Shown one piece after another: positions 28,387 through 37,808 of a DNA stretch of 64,000 nt. This DNA is from a virus. Lineage: Duplodnaviria; Caudoviricetes. Positions within the stretch are counted from its first letter, which is position 1, and the number at the start of each line of letters is the position of its first letter. The notes under the pieces are model-generated. The model was not told the origin of the DNA, did not search any database, and saw only the letters and a program-made list of their open reading frames with translations. The translations under genes were made by a program, and so were the position numbers. The stretch spans positions 64,001 to 128,000 of IMG/VR virus record IMGVR_UViG_3300037067_015211; one strand, 5' to 3'.

Positions 28387-28932
28387 TAAACTCCTTTCTT
28401 CAAGCCTCTGGCCTTGTACCAGAGGTGATTGACAGATTTCCACTTCTGGAATATCTTCTTCTTTCTTTTCCTCCTCTTGTTTTTCCGCCTCGTTCCGTTT
28501 CATTTCCAAAAATCCCTGTAGACAGATATTTCTCTGGTATACGGTTTTCCCATACTTCTCGCTCTTTGGGTTACCGCACTGACCCGATTGACTGCCAGCG
28601 GCGTCTTGGAAAAAATGCTTAGTACAGGTTTCGCAACAGAATTTTTTGATGTTTTCCATTTTGTGATGATAGTTGTAATAAATGGGGCTTAGCTTTACCT
28701 CACACCTAACCAGAGGTGTTTCGTACTTCTTTCGCTTCTCTTCGTCCAAATCATATGTATTGCCCCGCAGTTCATAGGTAGCGTATTCGTAGGCGTCTAC
28801 ACGATAAATATTCATTATCTTTCTATCTACTCGCCGTTTGATTTTGAGCCTAGACCCTATCTTGGGCAACTCATGTACCATTACCTCGAAACTAAAATCC
28901 GTTTCACGACACATTAGAATAACTCGTTCCAT
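28354..28932 (-). CDS. Hypothetical protein with Cys motifs; last ~10 codons lie inside the IS end
   Basis: SD AAGGA; CCETC...C...C. Confidence 0.6.
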   Translation of the reverse strand: MERVILMCRETDFSFEVMVHELPKIGSRLKIKRRVDRKIMNIYRVDAYEYATYELRGNTYDLDEEKRKKYETPLVRCEVKLSPIYYNYHHKMENIKKFCCETCTKHFFQDAAGSQSGQCGNPKSEKYGKTVYQRNICLQGFLEMKRNEAEKQEEEKKEEDIPEVEICQSPLVQGQRLEERSLTNHRFLRATD

Positions 28933-29046
28933 AGCATCCTTTCTCTATAACTATAAAAAACTACATTAACTTAAATGATAAACGAAATTATTGCAGTTGG
29001 CAAGTAAAAAATGCAAAAAATTTGTAGGTGTGAATTACAGAGATAA

Positions 29047-31002
29047 TTACTTCGCGGCTTGCAAAACTTTATTATAGATTTCTTCTCCAATCGCCTTAAT
29101 GGCAACTGTTTTGTTATCGCGGAAATCTTTTACCGATCTAATTCCGTATTCATACAATTTTTTGGCCCTAACGCCTCCGATATGCGGCAATGAACAAAGA
29201 AGTGCGGCTTCTCTCTGAACTCCATATTTCACGCGATATTTCAAAATCTCCAAATCACTGCCCCTATCCCATCGAGCACACATTTTGTCGATCATCCCAA
29301 TTGTGGTAAAAACTCTCTCGATATCGTAAACAAAATTTCTGAAATCCAGCTTGAAAGAATCCATATCCCTATTTTTAAGCTGCAAATAAATTGCAGTCGC
29401 TTTTACCTTCCCTTGACAAATATTTGTTCCAAGCGTATTTCGCATTTCCGACTCGAATATACTAACCAGTTTTTGATGATAACTGGCCACATAGGGGTCT
29501 GCAAAATTAGATACATTAGCCAATGCCCATGCAATGGCAATCTCGTTGTTATGCAAATTTTGTTCAAATATATTTGCAAAGTTTCTCTTCCATTGGTAGA
29601 CCGTCCAAGGATCATAATACATAGCCGTGCAGATAATGCCCAATTTTTTGATTACAAACTTATCGTCTTTTTTGTCAATAATTCCCATTTCTACAAATTT
29701 TTCCAACATAATGGAGATTTGTTCTCGGTCAAACTCTTTGTAGTGGAAATATCTAAATGTTCTTTGATACCATTTGAGTGCGGATTCCAAATCATTGATT
29801 TCACCATTCTTGATCTCGGCCACAATATGAGCACCCATTTTTCTCACACCACCATCACTGTCGATCATGGCAGATTCAATGGGCGGCAGATCCTTTAGGA
29901 TTTTTTTCCACTCATACATTTCTTCCATATTGCAAACGTAATAGACTTCTCCGGTCTTGCTATATCCAATGCGCCCTGCTCTACCAGCCATTTGAACGAC
30001 ATCGTAAGGGTTGATAAGGCTTTGACCCCGCTTGAACCCGCACAGAATAACTACTGCGGCGGTTGTATTGACCCCCCATGCAATAACAGAAGTAGCTACA
30101 ATACACCTAATAGAGTCCTCGGTGTTTTTGTTGAAGTCGTCAATTATTTTCAACTTTTCTGACTTTTCTAGGTCAGCGGATAGAAAAACAACTTGTTTGC
30201 CAAATATTTGCTCTAGTTTTTCCGTAGCTACTGCGCCCTCTTTTTTGGAATGGACAAAGAAGATGATTTTCTTGTTTTTTAATTGTCGGGCCACGTCTAC
30301 AGCAGTTTGAATGCGCATTTTAACTTCATCATTATATCCCCTTTGTCTTGAATACGCAATCCACTCTTGACTGGTTTCGATAGGCCGATAATCGGATATA
30401 ATGGTTTTATATGGTTTGCCGTTCAGGAGAGCAAACCATTTGCCGATATCCTCTACGTTGGGCAGGGTGCCCGAGATAGCCAGTAGTCTAGCGTCCTTGT
30501 TGTAGTTGGTAAAGCGCATTAACCCCGCTTCTAGGGCGTCTCCGCGCCCGTCTATGGCAAGCAAATGCACCTCATCGACAATTATACACCCCACATCTAA
30601 AAGCCATGAATGCTTCTCGGCAACCATCATTCTGGTCTTAGAGTCAAGAGATTCCGATGTCATGATGATAATTTCCGCCTCGGCAAATTTATTTGCCGGG
30701 ATATTCATGTAATCTCCCGTACAAATCAGTATTTTTTTGCTGGAAAAACCATGATTTGTATTGGTCCATTCAGCGGCTTTTTGTTCGGAGATGGCCTTCA
30801 AGGGGCTTAAGTAGATTGCCTTCTTTTTATGCACTGCCAGAGTATGGGCTATGAGCATCTCGGCCAAGGTGGTTTTACCGGCCGATGTACGGGCGGCTAT
30901 GATGAAATTAGCATCCTGATCGTATTGATTTAGGAATTCAGCCTGAACTGGGTTGAATTCAGGATACGGGAATTGCAAGTATTTGAAATCTGATGTTGGC
31001 AT
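29047..31002 (-). CDS. Ski2/Hel308-like SF2 helicase
   Basis: FNPVQ, TSAGKT, DEVH, SGT, ATSVIAWGVN, QMAGRAGR, C-terminal HhH LPHIGGVRA. Confidence 0.92.
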   Translation of the reverse strand: MPTSDFKYLQFPYPEFNPVQAEFLNQYDQDANFIIAARTSAGKTTLAEMLIAHTLAVHKKKAIYLSPLKAISEQKAAEWTNTNHGFSSKKILICTGDYMNIPANKFAEAEIIIMTSESLDSKTRMMVAEKHSWLLDVGCIIVDEVHLLAIDGRGDALEAGLMRFTNYNKDARLLAISGTLPNVEDIGKWFALLNGKPYKTIISDYRPIETSQEWIAYSRQRGYNDEVKMRIQTAVDVARQLKNKKIIFFVHSKKEGAVATEKLEQIFGKQVVFLSADLEKSEKLKIIDDFNKNTEDSIRCIVATSVIAWGVNTTAAVVILCGFKRGQSLINPYDVVQMAGRAGRIGYSKTGEVYYVCNMEEMYEWKKILKDLPPIESAMIDSDGGVRKMGAHIVAEIKNGEINDLESALKWYQRTFRYFHYKEFDREQISIMLEKFVEMGIIDKKDDKFVIKKLGIICTAMYYDPWTVYQWKRNFANIFEQNLHNNEIAIAWALANVSNFADPYVASYHQKLVSIFESEMRNTLGTNICQGKVKATAIYLQLKNRDMDSFKLDFRNFVYDIERVFTTIGMIDKMCARWDRGSDLEILKYRVKYGVQREAALLCSLPHIGGVRAKKLYEYGIRSVKDFRDNKTVAIKAIGEEIYNKVLQAAK

Positions 31003-31028
31003 TCTTTGCCTTTTTTATTTTTTCTTTT

Positions 31029-31241
31029 TTATTCATCCTTGCCATAAACCAAAATAACGGCATCTTCACAAATACTCACGGTTTTATGGAAAAGCTTAGC
31101 TTTGACAATTGTATTTTGACACTGTTCATGAAAATTCATGGCAGCATTTCTTTTTTTGTCTATATGGGCCGCCTCTCTTTTAATTTTTTCTAACTCTTTT
31201 TCAAGCACTTCCAACTTTGCAAGTTTTTCCTGTTTATTCAT
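31029..31241 (-). CDS. Small coiled-coil protein, paralog 4
   Basis: MNKQEKLAKLEVLEKEL...DAVILV. Confidence 0.6.
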   Translation of the reverse strand: MNKQEKLAKLEVLEKELEKIKREAAHIDKKRNAAMNFHEQCQNTIVKAKLFHKTVSICEDAVILVYGKDE

Positions 31242-31249
31242 ATTTAACA

Positions 31250-31432
31250 TCATACCCTCAATAACAATATTTCTGACCAAATTTTCATTGATTCATCAAA
31301 AAGCCTACCCATTGGAGCAACTTTGTCACATGTTGCATTTCGAACAGTCGATAATTTTTTCATTTTTTCTCTATTTTCGATAAGTTTTTTTTCTAATTCT
31401 GCAAACTTTCTTGTTTTTTCTTTTTTATTCAT
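31250..31432 (-). CDS. Small coiled-coil protein, paralog 3
   Basis: MNKKEKTRKFAELEKKLI... Confidence 0.6.
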   Translation of the reverse strand: MNKKEKTRKFAELEKKLIENREKMKKLSTVRNATCDKVAPMGRLFDESMKIWSEILLLRV

Positions 31433-31640
31433 ATATGTCTTTTTTAATAAGAATTACGACGGCATCAGAAAATAATTGAATGGATTCATTTAACACTTTT
31501 GACATTGCCACTATATTTTTACACTTATCTATAGTGGTTGTATTTGCAATCTTTTTTTTACTCAAATTACTCATTTTTTTATCATTTGCAATAATTTTGT
31601 TTTCAAGTCTTTCAAAGTCAAGTTTTGCTTGTTTGTTCAT
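31425..31640 (-). CDS. Small coiled-coil protein, paralog 2
   Basis: MNKQAKLDFERLENKII...ILIKKDIYE. Confidence 0.6.
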   Translation of the reverse strand: MNKQAKLDFERLENKIIANDKKMSNLSKKKIANTTTIDKCKNIVAMSKVLNESIQLFSDAVVILIKKDIYE

Positions 31641-31643
31641 GTT

Positions 31644-31850
31644 TTAATTTATTTCCATGCCATCTTCATACATATCTTTTTTAATAAGAATTGCCAAGGC
31701 CATCACCTTGAATTTGAATTCACTCAATTCTGCCTCTTCTTTTTCCACAGATAAAGATGCAATTCTTTTATTATTAATGGCACTTTGCCTTTTTTCTAAT
31801 TCTTTTTCAAGGCTTTTGAGTTTTTTATTTTTTTCTTCCTGTGTCAGCAT
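31644..31850 (-). CDS. Small coiled-coil protein, paralog 1
   Basis: MLTQEEKNKKLKSLEKEL...ILIKKDMYE. Confidence 0.6.
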   Translation of the reverse strand: MLTQEEKNKKLKSLEKELEKRQSAINNKRIASLSVEKEEAELSEFKFKVMALAILIKKDMYEDGMEIN

Positions 31851-31852
31851 AT

Positions 31853-32023
31853 TTATATAGACGATTTTAATTCAATTGCCCTCACCGCCCTTTGAAACGC
31901 CCTGTCCACCATTGCCCGTCTATCCGCCCTACTCATATTTTTTGCATTTCTTTTTTTAAGCCCTTCATCTTCTTCATATTCCTTGTCCATCTTTTCAAAT
32001 TCCACTTTAATTTTGTTTTCCAT
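31853..32023 (-). CDS. Small hypothetical protein (56 aa)
   Basis: Hand-translated MENKIKVEFEKMDKEY...; SD AAGGGAG directly behind a promoter. Confidence 0.6.
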   Translation of the reverse strand: MENKIKVEFEKMDKEYEEDEGLKKRNAKNMSRADRRAMVDRAFQRAVRAIELKSSI

Positions 32024-32050
32024 GTTTTTTCTCCCTTAAGCTTCAAATAT

Positions 32051-32078
32051 ATTATATATATATTTTTCCATTTGTCAA
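32051..32078 (-). promoter_or_regulatory. Promoter TTGACA-N16-TATAAT
   Basis: Perfect -35 and -10. Confidence 0.75.
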
Positions 32079-33964
32079 ATACTTTTATATTTTTTATACA
32101 CAAAATTTGCAATTTCTTTAAACTGGGGCGAAAAGTCATTTTCATAAAAATTATCGAATTTAATAATATCTTCCATAAATCGTTCAATTTCATCGAGTTG
32201 TGCCGCATTTATTGTTAAAATATTGTTATTAAATTCATTAAATTTATTATCAATATTTGTCATTTTATTGTCAAAATTAGATAAAATTGGTGCATATTTT
32301 TCATTTTCATAAATATAATCAGATGTTTTTGTGTGTTTGGCCGCATAATCACCATATACATAATCAAAAGGATCATCTCCCGCTATTTTTATTGTACGAT
32401 ATTTTGAAAAAATTTGATTTAATTTAAAAATTTTATCTCCATCTTTTTTATCATCATTTTTCAACAATTGTATTGATTCCTTAATTTCTAAAATTTGCTT
32501 ATCAACAATAGCAATAAATTCATCTACTCCAATTACGGGTTTTTTTGTTTTAAGCAATCGGTCAAATACCCTCTTTTTTTTACCATCCTGTACAGCATCT
32601 AAAAGTTCAATGGCTCTATGTTCGTCCCACTTGGCAATTTTACCATATGTTATCATCAAATTGCCAACAATACGTCTCAAATTATTTAATAATATCTGTT
32701 TTTGTTCCTCATAATCCAAGCCTTTTGCCCTTATTTTATTAGAAAAAATAAAAGCCTTACTAGCCGCCACCTTCTTTTCTTCAAAATCTAAGTCTACAAA
32801 CAAATCGTCCAGTTCCTCTCCCATAAACAACAACTCATAGTAAAGGGCATCCACGGCCTCATACAACTCATCGGCGGATTGCAAATATTTGTTGTTCTCC
32901 TGACCGTACCGGGTTAGCTGAAACTGTGTTTCGGGTGTATAGCCCAAATTAAGATCCTTTATGTCCCCGCTATATACCACGCCCCATACTTGAATGAACT
33001 TCCTAAATGCTTGTTTTAATCTTTCCTCGTTCTTTTTCATCAACTGATGTCTCTGTTGCATCTTGTCCTGATTGCCCATGAACTGCTTCCAGAACAAAAC
33101 GTCTTTAGCTTCCACTCCTTCAGGACTTCCCGCTTGTTCTTGCGTAAATGGGCTATAAATCAACTTAGACGGCAGTTCTTCCAGCCTATATAGTTTATTC
33201 CTTACCTCAATAGCCAATAAGCCACAGTCATGCATACGTGCAGCAATTTGTACGACTCGCCTATGGATTTGATCCACCAAACTAATTTGATCCCCTTTAT
33301 AGTCCACCAAAATTTTGCTCATATCGGACAACTGCAATACTTTTCTTACCTTTTGCTCACCATCATTGAGAATATCTATCATTTCGTCTAGGTCGCCCTG
33401 CGCGTTCTTTATGTATCTCTTTAAGATTTCCTTACCAACTTCCACATCCTGCTTGTGGGTTCTCCAATTACTGGGAATATTCGGCTTTCTCCGCATGTCT
33501 AGTCTTTCGGCCTCGTATTGTTCTGGCTTTTTCTCGACCAACTTAAGAGTCTGGGGAGATAGAATAGGAGTCTTGACAGGCATACTGTGATATAACTCTT
33601 GTAATTCGGCTTGATCTTGGGCCGTTACTGGCAACCATTCCCTATTTTTAAAAATAGGTGTAATGATATTTTGCTTGAGTATGCCATTTAATTTGGCGTA
33701 CTTTTCTTCCTTAGGAATATCCTGTTTGTAGAGGTTCAATAGCTTTGCCAATTCTATCTGTAGGTTAAGGTCGGCTATTTCGGGCGATTCCTTTTCTATC
33801 TGTTGCAAAGCATTTTTTGTCTTTAGCAAGTCTTCTTGGAAATAATCTGATTTACCCGACAATAGAATATCCGCCAAATCACTGTTGAGATTGATTAGGC
33901 TTGTGGTAAACACCCTTGAACTGGAAATTTGGGCAATTCTATTGTTGTCAAATATTTGTCCCAT
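32075..33964 (-). CDS. 629-aa helical hypothetical protein; leader-like MGQIFDNNRIAQ and internal KKVAASKAFIFSNKIRAK / TIKIAG junctions
   Basis: Long ORF with SD GGAG; compositional shift after the internal motif. Confidence 0.7.
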   Translation of the reverse strand: MGQIFDNNRIAQISSSRVFTTSLINLNSDLADILLSGKSDYFQEDLLKTKNALQQIEKESPEIADLNLQIELAKLLNLYKQDIPKEEKYAKLNGILKQNIITPIFKNREWLPVTAQDQAELQELYHSMPVKTPILSPQTLKLVEKKPEQYEAERLDMRRKPNIPSNWRTHKQDVEVGKEILKRYIKNAQGDLDEMIDILNDGEQKVRKVLQLSDMSKILVDYKGDQISLVDQIHRRVVQIAARMHDCGLLAIEVRNKLYRLEELPSKLIYSPFTQEQAGSPEGVEAKDVLFWKQFMGNQDKMQQRHQLMKKNEERLKQAFRKFIQVWGVVYSGDIKDLNLGYTPETQFQLTRYGQENNKYLQSADELYEAVDALYYELLFMGEELDDLFVDLDFEEKKVAASKAFIFSNKIRAKGLDYEEQKQILLNNLRRIVGNLMITYGKIAKWDEHRAIELLDAVQDGKKKRVFDRLLKTKKPVIGVDEFIAIVDKQILEIKESIQLLKNDDKKDGDKIFKLNQIFSKYRTIKIAGDDPFDYVYGDYAAKHTKTSDYIYENEKYAPILSNFDNKMTNIDNKFNEFNNNILTINAAQLDEIERFMEDIIKFDNFYENDFSPQFKEIANFVYKKYKSI

Positions 33965-33965
33965 T

Positions 33966-35381
33966 TTAATACTCCATAAATTTATGCCACCATTTTATAA
34001 TATATTGTTTGACGTCTTCATTTTGCACCCAATTAATTATTTTTTTTGCGTCAGTTGTTCCAGTAAACCACTTTGTCATAGCCTTTAAATATTGAGGCTT
34101 ATTAACATCTAAATATTGAATTAATAATTTATCTACCCGCTCGTCATAGTCATTAAATAAAAATCTTGAAAAATCATAGGCATTTTCAGGAGACCCCGCT
34201 TCAACTATCCAATTAATTGTTTTGTTTATTTGATCTATATCTTCCCCACGACGCCAATAATTTTTATGCAAATAAAATATATCATTAAAATTTCCGTTTT
34301 CATATGCCTTATCAAACAATGCTTTTATATATTTATTGCTTCTTTCAAAAAAATAACCGCCAAAAATATCAGACGCAAATATATTATCAAAAACAATTTT
34401 TATTGGCATCCATTCAATAATGTTTTTAAACAAAATATCAAAGTCTATTATTTTCCTTAGATAATCTGTATAATAATTTTCCGATAAATTTTTTAGTATC
34501 AAAACTGTTTTGCCAATATTCCTTTTTTCTAAAACACTATTTAACATATTTTGTATTATTCTAGCATTAACTATTTGCTTTTCATCCTTTGAAAAATCTT
34601 GAATAGAAAATTGTGTTGGAAAAACGTCTGGATACCCCCCTTCAATATCTTTATATTTTTCTCCCCATTCATCGACTGTTTTTTCATTACTTTCATCAAT
34701 TTTATTTTGTACAAACTCTACAAAATTTTTATCTTTAACCCCATAGCATACATCGCTTGCCAAAAAAATAAAATCGCCCTTTTTATCTACATACCTCCTA
34801 ATAGAAACTCTTGCCAATGGATTTTCAATATTCTTGTCGCCCTCTTTAATCAAATAAGCCACCAATCCCCCCCTTTTTATTTTGTTAAAAACTTGCCTAT
34901 AATATTGATAAGAAAAATTTTCTCCCTCATCCCTTAAATTCATGCATGAAGTCCAATTTCGATCCGTACTCATTCCAGCAATATCTTCTGGTCTATAAGA
35001 AAAACAAACATATAGGTCTTCATTAGCACCCTTCATTTCTCCCTTTAATCTCTCGTCAAATACTTTCTTTAATCCAAATTCATTTGCCCTATTCAAAACC
35101 TTACCAATTCCTATCTTTTGCCCACTATCTTTTTTGACCGCAATACCATTTCTATAATCAATAATTTCATATCCTAGCTTACCCAACACATCAATAATTC
35201 TCTTATTAGGCTTTAATGCCTGTTCTTCAGCACCAGCCTTCTTGTACAAAAAATAAGTTCTTTCCTGTGGGAATAGTGGCCCCCAACTTAACTCTTTATT
35301 GCGCTTTTCAGCCGCCTTTTCCGCCATAGCCAATTCTTTTTCGGATAGCTTGGCATTTCTTAGCCATGTCTTGTATATCAT
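33966..35381 (-). CDS. Module A protein (third copy) with leader MIYKTWLRNAK
   Basis: LSEKELAMAEKAA...ERTYF...PEDIAGMSTDRNWTSCM...PLARVSIRRY; SD GAGGA before ATG 35381. Confidence 0.8.
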   Translation of the reverse strand: MIYKTWLRNAKLSEKELAMAEKAAEKRNKELSWGPLFPQERTYFLYKKAGAEEQALKPNKRIIDVLGKLGYEIIDYRNGIAVKKDSGQKIGIGKVLNRANEFGLKKVFDERLKGEMKGANEDLYVCFSYRPEDIAGMSTDRNWTSCMNLRDEGENFSYQYYRQVFNKIKRGGLVAYLIKEGDKNIENPLARVSIRRYVDKKGDFIFLASDVCYGVKDKNFVEFVQNKIDESNEKTVDEWGEKYKDIEGGYPDVFPTQFSIQDFSKDEKQIVNARIIQNMLNSVLEKRNIGKTVLILKNLSENYYTDYLRKIIDFDILFKNIIEWMPIKIVFDNIFASDIFGGYFFERSNKYIKALFDKAYENGNFNDIFYLHKNYWRRGEDIDQINKTINWIVEAGSPENAYDFSRFLFNDYDERVDKLLIQYLDVNKPQYLKAMTKWFTGTTDAKKIINWVQNEDVKQYIIKWWHKFMEY

Positions 35382-35385
35382 GTTA

Positions 35386-35799
35386 TTATGTCCTCTCATA
35401 TATCCATTCCTCATGAGAACCATTATAAATAGCCTCATCTATGATAGCCTGCGCCCACTGCCACATCTTCTGCGAACCATTATTTCCAAATGCGTCAAAG
35501 AACTTCTCCGCCACATCCTGATCCACCTTTACCGTAGCCTTGGTACAAAATGTTTTGTAGTTGTTCTTTTCCCTATATTCTTTTTCAGTATCAAGCTTTT
35601 TCTTTAATGCCAGCACATCTTGTTTATCGAAATACAGACGTTCATGGGTGCCGGTGGTAAAGAATTCAGATTTATTTTTGTTGGTATATTTGGCCTGTAG
35701 AAAGCCTCTCTCAACATACTTGGCTACATGCCAAGTATCTGTGTCTAGCATTAGGGCCGCTTCTCTGCTGGATATGATGTCTACGTTTTTTTTGAACAT
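35386..35799 (-). CDS. MerR/excisionase-like HTH protein
   Basis: ISSREAALMLD.....VAKYVERGFLQA...LYFDKQDV. Confidence 0.6.
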   Translation of the reverse strand: MFKKNVDIISSREAALMLDTDTWHVAKYVERGFLQAKYTNKNKSEFFTTGTHERLYFDKQDVLALKKKLDTEKEYREKNNYKTFCTKATVKVDQDVAEKFFDAFGNNGSQKMWQWAQAIIDEAIYNGSHEEWIYERT

Positions 35800-37808
35800 T
35801 ATATTGCGCTTAATCTATTAAATTCATTGATGCCATTTTGCCTATTGCCAAATATTTTGTTTGTAATTTCTTCGTTAGAAATGCCAGCCTTTAAGGCAAT
35901 ATGAATTAAATTTTTTAATCCATTATGAGAAAGTAAAGCATTACCTACTTCGTTAAAATCATTTGTTGCCGACCCATGTTGTATTGCTTGCCATATTTTC
36001 ATAAGATCGTCATGTGATATTAATTTGCCATTTACCCAGATCATATCTTTTAAAAAAATATTGCCAAATTCAGATTCAATTTCACGCAATGTCTGGTCAA
36101 TTTGCTTATCTCTCATAAGCCCAACCACAAACTCATTGTATTTATTGGCCGCATTTTCTAAAAATGAAAGTAATTCTTGCCCAACGGCACCAGTGATTGC
36201 AGTTTTAGGAGTATTGCCAATCTTTTGAGAAACCTCTTTTACAAATTTATCCATAGGCAATTGAATGTCTTTATAATGCACAATTATTTTTTCCGCATTT
36301 ACACCATATTGTATCGCCCTTGTAAATGCCTGAACATATTCTGGAATGTCCTCTTCATGGTAAATATAATCATTGCCATCTCTACACCATACAGAAATAT
36401 AATTATTTGAATTTATTTTTCCACTATTTTCAAGATGTTCTAACAACTCATATCCTATATGATGTTCGTCGCTTCTAGCAACCGGAACAATGTAATTATT
36501 GTCAAGCGAGATTAACACATAGCCAACATCATCCCATTTGCCTTCTTCGCCCCCAGAGTTAGCCAGCAATACCTTTGCTTTCCAATTTTTTATATTGGAT
36601 AAATCTCCTGAAATCTTATAATTTCTTCGTATTTTTGTTGGAATAGAAAATGATTGTTGTGCTTTTCTTTTCCAAGTATCGTATATTAATGATCCTTGTT
36701 TTTTGTTTGTTAATTCATTGTATTTTTTCATTAGCAATTCTTTGTCCGCGCCTTTAACATTTAGGGCAAACTCATAAATCCACCCTGCATTACCAGACTC
36801 AGACTTAATCACAGCCTCTTGCAATCTAGGTATATCCGCACCTTTAATATCTTGGGCAAACGTATAAATCCAATATGCACCACCAGACTTAATCACTTCT
36901 TCTTGTAATCTAGGTATGTCCGCGCCTTTAACATCTTTGGTAAACAGATAAATCACCCGTGCATTACCAGACTTAATCAATGCCTCTTGCAATCTAGGTA
37001 TATCCGCACCTTTAATATCTCTAGCAAACGTATAAATCCAATATGCATCACCAGACTTAATCACTATATTTTGAAGATTATTTATCTGCTCTGGCGATAA
37101 ATTATTAATCGTATCATAATCATAATTTTTAAATTCTTCAAACAACTTATTATAATCCACATCATAACCTCTTTCAGTGGGCAAAATACCTCTGTATTTT
37201 TTCATTATTTTCTTAACATCAGGGCTTAATTCATCATAATAAGAATAAGGAGTTTTAGCAGAATACTTTTTATCTAGCACATCTTTAATCCACGCAGATT
37301 CACCCTTTTCAAACTTGGTAAAAATTGATCCCGTATTGTGCTCGATATCATTGATTCTATCAATAATATACATTAGCTTTTTATGATCCGTCACAGGAGT
37401 ATTTTTAAGGTCAATCAAATATTGGGTAATGGCCGCCCATCTAGGTCCACCATATTGATGTGCCCAAGGAAGTTCATTAAATACCCTATATACCAGTTCA
37501 AGAGGAACATATTCTCTCTCACCATTCAAAATATGATCCGCTTGTTCTTTCGAAATATTTAATCTTAAAGCTAATTGATAAGGATCTTCAATGCCAGTTC
37601 TATTGCCTACATATCCGGAATACATGTGCTCATCATATACCGCCTTGGTAAGATTCTTCACATATTCATCTTTAACTTCTTGAAGAATCTGATAAGCCAC
37701 TTGTTTATCTTCATCATCTAACTGATCCATCACAGTAGATAGAGCATAAAAATCGTATACTTGTGATGGTTGTAAAGCTAGTCTTTTGCGCCACGTATTG
37801 AATATCAT
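35799..37808 (-). CDS. Modular protein: leader, module B, 28-aa repeat x4, internal leader, unrelated C-terminal module
   Basis: MIFNTWRKRLA start with ATGA overlap; internal GSLIYDTWKRKAQ. Confidence 0.8.
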   Translation of the reverse strand: MIFNTWRKRLALQPSQVYDFYALSTVMDQLDDEDKQVAYQILQEVKDEYVKNLTKAVYDEHMYSGYVGNRTGIEDPYQLALRLNISKEQADHILNGEREYVPLELVYRVFNELPWAHQYGGPRWAAITQYLIDLKNTPVTDHKKLMYIIDRINDIEHNTGSIFTKFEKGESAWIKDVLDKKYSAKTPYSYYDELSPDVKKIMKKYRGILPTERGYDVDYNKLFEEFKNYDYDTINNLSPEQINNLQNIVIKSGDAYWIYTFARDIKGADIPRLQEALIKSGNARVIYLFTKDVKGADIPRLQEEVIKSGGAYWIYTFAQDIKGADIPRLQEAVIKSESGNAGWIYEFALNVKGADKELLMKKYNELTNKKQGSLIYDTWKRKAQQSFSIPTKIRRNYKISGDLSNIKNWKAKVLLANSGGEEGKWDDVGYVLISLDNNYIVPVARSDEHHIGYELLEHLENSGKINSNNYISVWCRDGNDYIYHEEDIPEYVQAFTRAIQYGVNAEKIIVHYKDIQLPMDKFVKEVSQKIGNTPKTAITGAVGQELLSFLENAANKYNEFVVGLMRDKQIDQTLREIESEFGNIFLKDMIWVNGKLISHDDLMKIWQAIQHGSATNDFNEVGNALLSHNGLKNLIHIALKAGISNEEITNKIFGNRQNGINEFNRLSAI
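36705..37075 (-). repeat. 84-nt coding tandem repeat x4
   Basis: AATCTAGGTAT recurs at ~36823, 36907 and 36991. Confidence 0.9.

Noticed and set aside
36705-37075. Regularly spaced repeats as a CRISPR array
   Set aside because: The period is 84 nt, in frame, encodes a 28-aa protein repeat and has no unique spacers; no cas genes are present.
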